This document shows positions 53,048 to 64,000 of a stretch of DNA of 64,000 nt, piece by piece (position 1 is the stretch's first letter; the number at the start of each line of letters is the position of its first letter). The position numbers and the translations under genes were made by a program. Where the stretch lies: NCBI GenBank assembly GCA_964057225.1, contig OZ059896.1:6572001-6636000 (forward strand). The letters run 5' to 3'. A model generated the notes under the pieces. It did not search any database. It was not told the origin of the DNA and worked only from the letters and a program-made list of their open reading frames with translations. Origin of the DNA: Auanema rhodensis (lineage: Eukaryota > Animalia > Nematoda).

Positions 53048-55791
53048 TTAAGAGCTCTGGAATTTGACCAAAACTGAGTTCTTTGGCACATTTTTTCCTG
53101 GAACACAGGATACAGATTCAATTGTACAATCTAGAGGAGCCCTGAAAAAAAAATAATGGCTACAAATATTTTAATTAACAAATACTTGATTATGTACTCC
53201 ATTTTCATAGCAGTCATAACAACAAGAGAGTCTCCCTGCTTTACCTACAATAGCCTCCATTGAAATGTTTTAGTTTTAAAATGTAACTGACAGTATCTCC
53301 TTCTTTAACTAAGACTTTTTCGATGATACCAGGCATAGGTGCAACGGCAACAGTTTTGGAACCATCTCCAGAACCCATAGCCTCGGCTTCGAAATCTCTA
53401 TTGGCTGTGGAAAACTCAGACTGTTCTTCACCAATAACCTGAGATAAAACACATTAGTATAAAAATGACTCGAGTGAGAGAAACCATAGCAGACTTATCA
53501 AGTTGGATAGCGGTGGCTTCCCATCGCTTTCCATCCCATTCAATTGTATAAGTAACAGACTGTCCGTTATTCTGAACCCAAAAGATTTAATTACATCATT
53601 TAGAGCTATCCTTACAGTAATATTATGAACAGAACAAACAAAGTCTTTTCCATCGCTTGAAATAACAAATTCATTATCGCCCTTGGAACTTATAGTGACT
53701 TTAGAAGAATCTTAAGAAGAAGAAAATTAAATAACTAACTGAATGAAGCACTACCGAATGGAATGGTTTCCGTGAGACTGTGGTTGACGCGGAATTCGGT
53801 TATGTTTTCAAAGAGATTATCAGAAGAGCGTAATCTATCAAGAAGAACTTTGGCGACGGCCTTTTCGATAATTACTTCGCTCTTTACAGGAAGTGGGGTA
53901 AACAACTCAGTTTGGAAATCAGGAATGAAATCAGTATACACATTGCCCTTTCATAGAAAATCATGAAAAACAGAAGAAAACAACTATAACTTACTTTTTT
54001 GAATTCTTCATGATTCAAAACAGTACGGACAAAATCAATGTTGGTAGGCAAGCCACTGATTAAAGAATTTTTTAAAGCAGCATCTAACTTAGCAGCAGCT
54101 ACTTCTCGATCGCGACCCCATACAATAACCTAAATATTATGTGAATAAAGCAAAAATAAACAGTCTTTACTTTAGCAATCATGGGGTCATAATGAACTGA
54201 GACTTCATCTCCTGAGACCACACCAGTATCAATGCGGGCATTCTCGGGAAAGGAAATGTGATTAATTTTTCCTTAAGAAATTTTGATTTTTCAAAAAACA
54301 AGAGTTGGCATACCAGCAGTAGGCATAAAAGCTCCATTCTTGGTGTCTTCAGCGTAAACTCTGCATTCGAAAGCATGACCATTAAGAGGTATTTGCTCTT
54401 GTTTCAATGGAAGTTCTTCACCCTGAGCAACTCTAAGTTGCCATTCAACCAAATCAGTACCTACATAATTAAATTATTAAAGGAATATAAAACAAATTCA
54501 CCGGTAATTGCTTCAGTAACGGGATGCTCAACTTGTAAACGTGTATTCATTTCCATAAAATAGAAATCTCCTCGTGGGTCCATAATGAACTCAACAGTTC
54601 CTGCTCCAACATATCCAACAGCAGCTGCAGCTCTCTTGGCTGATTCTCCCAACTTTTCCCTAGTTTCCATATCTATACGATTGTGATAAAAATAGAAAAA
54701 CTAAGCTATATCTTACTAATAAGAGGAGCAGGGGCTTCTTCAATAATTTTTTGGTGCCTTCTTTGAACTGAACAATCACGCTCCCAGAGATGAACATAAT
54801 TTCCGTGATGATCTCCGAAAACCTGTAAAGAACACTTACACACAGAGATGATGAAAAAATTTACCTGGACTTCAATGTGTCTTGGTCTTTCCACAAACTT
54901 TTCAACTAACATTTCATCGTTTCCGAATGATTTCATAGCCTCATTACGAGCAGAACTCAGTTTTTCATCAAACTCAGCTTCGTTCCAAGCAATGCGCATA
55001 CCTGTAGCATTATTACAATATGAAAAAAATAAGATTATAAACCTTTTCCGCCGCCTCCATAAACAGCTTTCAACATTACAGGATATCCTAAAGCATACAT
55101 ATTATAGCACCTAGCTTATGACCACAAGCTAACCAATTTTTGCAGAATGAATTTTCAAATTAGCATCGGATTGATCTTCTCCATGATATCCTTCAACTAC
55201 TGGTACCTATTTTCAGAAGTAAAATAAAAATATCAACTTTTAAATAAACTTTAGCTTGTTGCATGATATGTTTGGCCAAGCTTTTCGTTCCCATATCCTT
55301 AATAGCTTGAACAGGAGGTCCAATAAAAACTAATCCATTTTCTCTACAAGCTTCAGCAAAAGAAGCATTTTCGGATAAAAATCCATAACCGGGATGAATA
55401 GCCTAAAAGTGTACTCAACTATGAATATAAGGTGAAAATAGTTTCAATACCTGAGCACCAGATTTTAAAGCAGTTTCAATTACTTTATTAATATTAAGAT
55501 AACTCTGAGAAGACTGAGCAGGACCAATGTTGAAAGCCTACGAGTTTACAGTTAGTTCCATTTAGAACAAAATTGTACTCTCACCTTGTCTGCTTTTTTA
55601 ACGAAAAGAGAATTTCTGTCAGCATCAGAAAACACGGCCACTGTCTCAATACCCATTTTTCTAGATGTATTCATGACTCTGATTGCAATTTCTCCTCTAT
55701 TTGCTATTAAAACTCTATTAATTTTTTTTATTAAGGGAGCTGTAGAATTCATTCTAAGTGCACCAAAGCCCATCGGTCTTACGCGCAACAT
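53048..55791 (-). CDS. mccc-1: Methylcrotonoyl-CoA carboxylase alpha (biotin-containing) subunit
   Basis: [67 protein letters not shown], the biotinyl AMKM motif and a mitochondrial presequence. Confidence 0.9.
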
Positions 55792-56097
55792 TCTGAAAAA
55801 TAAATGAAAAACGTTAAATATTCCAAATTAAATAATTTTTTTAATTAAATGAAACAAATAGAAACACAGGAAATATAAAAGCCTGTCCAGTACTTATCAT
55901 TTTCCTTTATCTTAGAAAAAGTCTTTTTTTCAACCACGACCTCTTACTAAATTCAACTCCATGCTTTACGTATTTGCTCTTCAGTTGGTAAAATTATTGA
56001 ACATTCATCCCTATTCTTTATTGTTCTATTGTCTCATTTTGTTTTGTATTTTCCTACTGTTATAAAATTAACACTTATGAAAAAAAGTATTTAGGAA

Positions 56098-56686
56098 ATG
56101 GCTACTCAAAATGTTACTGCTGCTGATCAACAGCAAATTAACAAATTCGCACGTCTTCATCAAAACTTTACTCAATTAAAGGTATTTTCTACCAAATGTT
56201 ATTTAACATCATTCCAGCCATGTTTATGAAATGTATTTGATTTATTATTTGTTTTGAGGAAGAAATGGCTGAGTTGTTGAATGAAGTGCAAAATATTAAT
56301 GAAGCAGCCGACGAACTTATGTTATTAGATAGCGAAGATGCTGCTTCCATCCCATATAGAGTGGGACAAACTTTCATTCACTTTGATGGGGTAGTTTCTG
56401 TTATATTGGGCCACTTTATTTTTTCTTTGCTAGGATGATATGACTGAAAAACTAGACAAGCAAAAGGAGGAGACTGAAGCCAAATCTGAAGTTAAAAAGG
56501 CTAGTAGAATATTTCGTTTATGGCTTATCGCTAGTTTTTATGATGCTTAAGTAGTGTCCATTGCAAATTATCACTATATTGCAGATAGAATTCGCAAATA
56601 TTCAAAATGAAATGGAACATTTGAAGAAAACTTTATATGCTAAATTCGGTGATAGAATTAATTTGGAAACCGACAAGGACGAATAA
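56098..56686 (+). CDS. pfd-4: Prefoldin subunit 4
   Basis: VTAADQQQINKFARL...IPYRVGQTF...LKKTLYAKFGDRINLE. Confidence 0.93.
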
Positions 56687-57592
56687 GAATGATCTATGCT
56701 TTATATTTTACTTTTTTTGGCAATTTTTGTATTTCTGCTTTGTTTCGTTTTTATTGTTAGATAAATAATCAGCTTTGTTCTCTATTTCATAATGATATTT
56801 GTAACTGGTCACTGTGTTATCTATCGTTCCATATGGTGTGAATATCAAATATGATTAGCTGAGGGAAATTCTCAGGAAAACGTTGTTTTTCTAGAATGCC
56901 AAAACGCATAATTGCAAATCAAAGTGTCTTTTATATATGAAAGGCATATATTTGGTGGAACAGAGATAAAATCAGTATTATAATCCATATATGTATATGC
57001 AAGACTTGTCTTGTCTACTATCAAAATGATTAGTTGCGATTTGTAATCATTCATACGATTTATTGAGGACTGCCCCTTACACCACAGGTATTCCTTCGAA
57101 TGTGTGTTAGTTATTAGTCACTCTGGCAAACCATAGTGATGTCTTGTTTGTTGCGAAGAAGAACTAGTTGCATATTGAATTGCCCCATTCTTTTATTACT
57201 GGTGTTTGCTCGTTTTTCATTCTGTTCCCGGCCTCCTGTCATACTTCTGAAATCGCTGTTGTCGTGTAACTGCAAGCAAAATGTTTAATTTCATTTCGTT
57301 GTGTGGTAGTAGTTTTTCGTCGAGATTTCAAAACTAATCATATCTACTTTTATAATCTGGTCATCGATTGCGCGATCTATTTATAGATTAACGTACCTCA
57401 TAACAAATATTTGCAGTCAGAACCTTTATATCTGTTGCGAACTCATTGGTAAAACTTCATTTCCAAGCTTATACTACAAACCTTTTTTGCACTTACCTTA
57501 CAAATAATTTGATAGCTCACTAGTGTTTTGTTTCATTTGCTTCTTTTTTTCGATTTATATACTTTACACTTTCAATCAAAATATATTAAGAT

Positions 57593-59817
57593 ATGGAGCT
57601 TAATCGCGGCCGTTCAAATTCGTCTTCCGCTCCTCTTTCTCCGGATGTGGTTCAACATCTAAAAGAATCTATGGAGAAGAATATGCAGTTCGATCCACCT
57701 TATGTGTTTGTGGTTTTCGGAGCATCTGTAAGCTTATGCCTGACCATGACCTTTCCTCATTTCTTATCTAGGGTGACTTGGCTAAAAAGAAGATCTTTCC
57801 TACCCTTTGGTGGTTGTATAGAGATCAACTTTTACCTCCTAATTGTACTATTGTTGGGTATGCAAGATCTGATCTTACGATTGAGAAATTGAGAGGCTCT
57901 TTCGAGAAGGCCTGCAAGGCTAGTACTTTTTCTTGCAATGTTATTTATTTATATTTAATTTTAGGTCCGCGAAAATGAAAAAGATCGATTTGAAAACTTT
58001 ATTGCTACCTGTACTTACATAATGGTAATCATAAATAAGTATTAAAAATAGATTTATTCTTTATGTTTTGTCAGGGAAAATATGATACTCCGGAAGGTTT
58101 TCTGAAACTTCAATCTTTTATTGATGAAACACAAGCACGTTGCAGTAATAGTAAGATATATTAATATAACATTGAAATCTATGTGCATGTTTCAGAGCCA
58201 GTAAATCGCTTGTATTACCTTGCACTTCCACCATCAGTTTTTGAAGTTGTCACGAGCAATTTGAAAGCTCATTGCATGGACCGTGGGTTAGTGCAAAATT
58301 ATTTGTCAACAATTTGAAATTTTGTACCAGGGATTCTTGGACTCGTATTATCATTGAAAAACCATTCGGACATGATTTGGAGTCTTCTGCCCAGTTATCT
58401 GCTCATCTTTCAAAACTTTTCACAGAGGTATGGTTAGTGTCTCTGCAACCCCATTAATTGTTATTATTTCAGAATCAACTTTATAGAATCGATCATTATT
58501 TGGGTAAAGAGATGGTTCAAAATTTGATGGTTCTCAGGTAACATTAGATGAAAAACCAATTATACAATTCTATATATTTAGATTCGGAAACCGTTTCCTT
58601 GGTCCGTCATGGAATCGCGATAATATCGCTTCCGTTATGATCTCGTTCAAAGAAGATTTCGGAACAGGTGGAAGGGCAGGCTACTTCGATGCTGCTGGCA
58701 TTATTCGGTAAATATAAAATATTGAATGTTAATCATTGTTCTATATAGAGATGTTTTGCAAAATCATTTGATGCAAATTCTAACTCTAGTTGCTATGGAG
58801 AAGCCTCATAGCTTGAATGCTGAGGATATTCGTGATGAAAAAGTTTGGTTCATTATAAAATAAAACTTATAGATATTCTTTTAGGTAAAAGTTCTTAAGG
58901 CTATCAAGCCTATTGAGCTCAAAGATCTTGTTATCGGACAATACGTTGCTGATCCCACATTTAACCGTTAGTTATATTCGATTTTAATATAATAGTATTA
59001 TATATATATATAGATCCTGAAGCCACACAAGGATACAAAGACGATCCAAGCGTGCCTGCTGATTCCAATACACCAACATATGCTTTGGCAGCTCTTCAAG
59101 TTCATAATGAAAGATGGGAGGGCGTTCCTTTCTTTTTGAGATGTGGAAAAGGTAAAGAATGTTATATACAACTTTATCAAACTTGAATATTTAAGCTTTG
59201 AATGAAAAAAAGGCGGAGGTTCGTATACAATTCAAAGCTGTTAATGGAGATATCTATCCTGCAGGAGAGCTAAAAAGGTTTCCTTTTTATATATAAAATT
59301 TACATTAGTTTGTATTATTTCTAGAAGTGAATTGGTTATGAGAGTTCAACCTAATGAAGCTGTTTATCTCAAGCTCATGACAAAAACCCCGGGAATGGGC
59401 TTCGGTGTTGAAGAATCCGAACTTGACCTTAGTTATAACTCAAGATATAAGGTAATACATCCTAATTATTTTACTAATATATTATTAAATCGCTTTTTTA
59501 GAATGTACGTCTTCCTGATGCATATGAGCGTCTTTTCTTGGAGGTATTCATGGGCTCACAAATTAATTTTGTTAGAACTGATGAATTGGAAAATGCATGG
59601 AGAATTGTAACACCTGTTTTAAAAGAATTGGAAGAGAAAAAGATTAAGCCCATTGATTACAAATTTGGAAGGTATGTTCAGTATATTTCTTTCCTTTATA
59701 AACAAAATTCACTTCAGCCGTGGACCTGTTGAGGCTGATGAATTAATGAGAAATCATGGTTTCGTGTTTTCTGGTACTTATAAGTGGGTTGATCCGGCAA
59801 CTAATAACAAACTATAA
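57593..59817 (+). CDS. gspd-1: Glucose-6-phosphate 1-dehydrogenase
   Basis: [45 protein letters not shown] and PDAYERL motifs. Confidence 0.97.
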
Positions 59818-59911
59818 ATATTCTTTATTTTTCGTTGGACTAGAATGTATTAAATTGTTTTTTTTTCTATAAATATAATAAACAATATATATATAAATAT
59901 CAAAGAGCTTC

Positions 59912-60453
59912 TTATCGACTGTTCATTTTAACCTTTTTTTGTGCCTCCATTCTACATAAATCAGCATATTCTCTTTGAGCTGTCTTAATTTCCTCAAGAT
60001 ATATTCCGTGTTCCTGAAACAAAAAGGTTTAAAACTAACTATAGCATTACAAACCTTTTCGTAGACTGGCTTTGATAAGTTACTAATGCGTTTGGTGACT
60101 TGATTAATTTCTTCTGTTAAATTTTTCATTTTATCGGCATCAAATAAAGCTTCAACTGGTGTTTCAGCGGCTTCCACTAACTAAAAAATACAAAAATAAT
60201 AGCAACTTAACTAAACAAGGAAATATTAAAAAAAAATAATGAAACTTGCCGCATGACTAGCTCTCAAAATACCATCAAATTCGCGATGTCTCTCATTCTT
60301 CTCAAAACTAAAAAGGATTTGATTCAGTTTGGTCCTAGCTTTGCTAATTTACCGGTCAACAAATATATCCAGTTCGGCCTGAATTGCTGGAGTATGATCG
60401 AAAACTTGTTGGGCTATCAACTCAATATCACGAATAACAGCAGGTACAGACAT
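59912..60453 (-). CDS. mutd-1: BLOC-1 subunit 5 (Muted)
   Basis: Four exons giving MSVPAVIRDIELIAQQVFDHTPAIQAELDIFVDRFEKNERHRE..., which matches the Muted pattern DH-x-P-x-IQ-x-E-x-x-x-FV-x-x-FE...RE. Confidence 0.8.
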
Positions 60454-60927
60454 ACTTCTAAAACAAGTCCGACACTAAAAACAAAAAGGAAAACATCGAA
60501 ACAATGACATCACTTTTAAAATATCTACCTGGTTATTACCGTCGTAGAAGAAGCTTCAACCTATTCAAGAAGAAAACTTTATTACAGAGCATTTAGTATG
60601 CTTTACTTTGTTAAAAATGATCATAAAATTCACGAAGAAACACAATATTGCTTACATATATATTTATATTTTAAAAAAATATATAACCCAAAAAAGGGTA
60701 TACCGGACATGTTCTTGAAGCTATGATAAAATGTATGAAATAAACAGTTGATAACTTTGTCGAAATCGTAGAACGTGCAGCAAATCTAGGTAAAAGCGAA
60801 TGAAGTAAACCCTGATATTTACAAAACATGATACAAATCGGACGTCTGACAAGTAATAAAGATGTTTGTACAAAAATAAAAATCTGAACGGCATTAAAAT
60901 ACAATTCATCATTAAAATTCTTTTGAA

Positions 60928-63900
60928 TCAATTTAAATGAAATCCTTTTTCGTTTACAGCAGTTAAGAGGCGTTCACGTAAAATATCCGCTGAAGAGTAC
61001 TCTGGTAATTTCAGGTAGTGGACGCAAGTGTTAACCTTAAATACATAAAGTTTATTTTCATATCTTAAAAATATATTAAAAGTATACCGATGGGTAACTT
61101 CCATCTCCACTCTCCACTTTCCTGACAATAGTAAGCCTAGGATGAAGGTTTGCCAAACCTCCTAAAAATGATAAAGATAAAAGGATCAAAAAAATATATA
61201 TCGTACCAGGAGGAAGACTCGAACAACCCGTAGCAAATTGAAGGAAATTTTTCCTCTCTTGGGCATTTAATCCCACCATGACATCAACAAAACGTAAAAA
61301 TCCAGGTGAATCTTTAGTGTATCCTAATTTTGGCTCGGTAAATTGTAAAATATCTTCTCTTGTCCATTCAGGACATTGTTCTCCCGATATTAGTCGCTAA
61401 AAGTATTTTTTGTCCAAAAGAGACTAAACAAACTCGCTCACCTGAACTTCTTCGGGAGAATAAGATCGTAACGCTTTCAACGGGAAAACTTTATCAAATC
61501 CTTCGCGGAAAGCTTTCATCTGAAAAATAAATAAGTAAATAAGTAGAGCTAACAAAGAATTTAAAAATGCTCACCTGTTCAATGATACCAGAATTCAAAT
61601 AAAAATCTGTACATTTTTCAACATAAATATCTAAGTTATCCACTGTGACATCCATATCAGCTCCTCCTTCGATAAGTTCCATCTCATCATATTCAAAAAC
61701 AGCAGAAGGTGGATTAACACTGAAAGAATACAATTTATACTCACATAAGTAGAATGAATGACGTCAAACATACGTAAAATTCAAAGCCAAGTCCTCCACT
61801 TTGCATCTGGTTCCATGAATGCATAATTTGAGTTCGTCGATCTTTCTTCTTTTGGCCTCGCGATCGAGGGCAGAGTCATTTTCTATAGCACGTTTGCGTT
61901 GAGCCAACGCTTTCAACTCTTTCAAAAATCCTCCTAAACAAAATAAGTACGTTGGTGTAATAGAAATCCAAAAAAAACCTTTTACAGGATGAACTTCTTC
62001 AAAGTCATCAAGGGTAAGAACACGATCAAGATTGGGCTGATCTCCAACACTCAGTTGAGGACTAACCACCATTTTTAAGAATGGACGAGATAACGGTAAA
62101 TCCACTAATCGGCCATCTTGTAATACCTTGAAATTTGTTTTTTTATATAAAATTTGAATAAATCTATGTATACTTTAGCAAAGAAAATTCCAAGCGATTT
62201 GAACATCTCCGCAGCCCGTCTGACTTCTTCGGTATGCGGTGGAAGGGGTGCTGGGAAAAGACCACCTGCTCTTCGAACATAGAAACTGAAACAAAAAATA
62301 CTGTAAAACAACAAAATGGCTATCCTACCCCGGGGGCTTCTTTCCTTCTCCTAGGTCTAATTCACGCTCTTCCATTTTCAACTGATGTTCGTCCATATCA
62401 TCGCACCACCAAAGAGCTAATGTTTTTCTTTGCAATTCGGCAGCAACAAGAGCATAAAACTCAAGTGTTGGACCTAAGCCTGTTCCTTCTTCTCCGTTGT
62501 ATTCAATTTCCAAAACAGCTTTACGATCAGAATGGAATTTCATTAAACGTATAGCTTGTTCAAGAAGAACATCCTCAGAACGAGTAATCTACAAAGAAAA
62601 CAAAATAAAAAAAATCAAATAAGTATATAAACCTTGATTCGTTCATGCTTCAGACGACCAATACGATACTCTTGATAACGATCATTACGAGCAGCACTGC
62701 TAGCAGCACCTTGAGCAGCTCCTCTAGCTCTATCTGCTACCTGATCACGACGATTTTGAAGCCAAACGATAGCACGAGATACTCCGTATGCCGTAGCATT
62801 AATGTACATGTTTCTGGAAGAAAACATTATAATTAATTAATATGTTTATTCTAACCTTGTTTCCATTGCGAAAAGGCAGGGATAAGCATATACTAATCGT
62901 TCACACCAATATGGAAGAGCTCGGGAAGCCACAACGAGAGCATCAGATAATTCCTAAGTAGTAAATTAATAAAAAAAATGGCCAGCAAATATTTTTCATA
63001 CTTGTGTTAACTTTAGTGTTATCTTATCACTTATAAACACTTGGGGAGTGATCTGAGCATCAGGTAATTTTTCCATCACGCGTGCTAACAAACGAATTAC
63101 TTCCAAGCACTAAACAAAAAAAAATAACATTCGTTTATGGTGTGATATCACCTCATTGACAGTCTCTGGCACAGAATCATATTCTGAGGGCACTTCGTTA
63201 GCAATAGTAATGGGGGGACAAGATTGATCTTCATAAATTAATGTGTATGTTGGTTCCCAAACTCTACGATTTCTCTCAAATTTCTGGAATGAATAACATA
63301 AAAATCTTTTACGAAAAAGAACATACGGATTCCCATTTGATAAGATTGATAAGATCTTGCACATATCGGAAGATGCTCTCATTTTCATCTTTCATCTCAA
63401 TGGTAACATTAGGAATACCAGGCATATTAGGTCCCTTCAAAAACACCCGTAAGGAGCTCCCCTCATTCTGAAATTGTATAGATAATAAATATAATGGAGG
63501 TAAATAATACAATTGGTGCTTTTTGGGCAACTGTGTCAGGTACAACTGATGGTAATTCAACTTCTTGGGTTTGATTCACATTTGTTCTTCCTGGTCTAGG
63601 ATCAAAAGCAGGGATAAGAGCCTTAATTGAATATCATTAAGAGGCTCATCACATCTCTTCAAACCGGGAATGAGCATTTTAAGACAACTTCATCGTCCCA
63701 TCCCCTGACATTTCTGGAACTTGAACGAGATTCGCGGAAACGAGAGTCTAGTGTGTTGCCCATGATTTGCGAAAGCTAAAAAAAGTGCATGTATCACGGA
63801 AATAAAAAAATCGGATACCTGCTTCCAATTCAACTTATAAGCACTGTCTGTTTTAGATCCTCCAAAGACAGTTAAAAGAGATTCAACAGGGACATCAAGA

Positions 63901-64000
63901 TGGAATTCTTCGTCAATATCTTCTTCATTTCCATCTTCTTCATCATAATAGTCATCTTCATCAAGAAGCTCTTCTACTTCCAAAGGCGTGTTGCTAGGAT
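60928..64000 (-). CDS. hecd-1: HECTD1-type HECT E3 ubiquitin ligase, 3' part only
   Basis: [72 protein letters not shown] and GFHLN*. Confidence 0.95.

Noticed and set aside
18438-59817. A metabolic gene cluster (KDSR, mARC, MCCC1, G6PD)
   Set aside because: Unrelated pathways interspersed with unrelated genes; ordinary housekeeping density.
1-64000. tRNA, rRNA, SL RNA, CRISPR array, transposase or horizontally acquired genes
   Set aside because: None recognised by eye; all genes are intron-rich with uniform composition.

Overview
AT-rich, gene-dense rhabditid (clade V-like) nematode genomic DNA. Most introns are about 42-55 nt, so the ORF track shows only exon fragments. I assembled 22 spliced genes by hand: csn-3 (runs off the left edge), CCDC28-like, gtf-2H1, mitochondrial SerRS, a 4-TM protein, an ERI3-like DEDDh exonuclease, an ATFS-1/ZIP-3-like bZIP with a His/Cys tract, a small chromodomain protein, an Rpp14/Pop5-family ORF absent from the ORF track, KDSR, an Srsx-like GPCR, wnk-1, a MOSC/mARC protein, two divergent tandem 7TM-like paralogs, a bestrophin, mccc-1, pfd-4, gspd-1, mutd-1 and hecd-1 (runs off the right edge). 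Two observations stand out. (1) An RNase P/MRP subunit (Rpp14) and the sphingolipid enzyme KDSR share an exon; acceptors 7 nt apart would switch between a stop-1nt-start bicistronic mRNA and an in-frame Rpp14-KDSR fusion. (2) An oversized, highly structured intron in the WNK activation loop has a hairpin that buries a candidate 26-nt poison exon, and the loop of a second hairpin is the exact complement of that exon's acceptor. Family assignments come from recognised motifs and memory, not from database searches.
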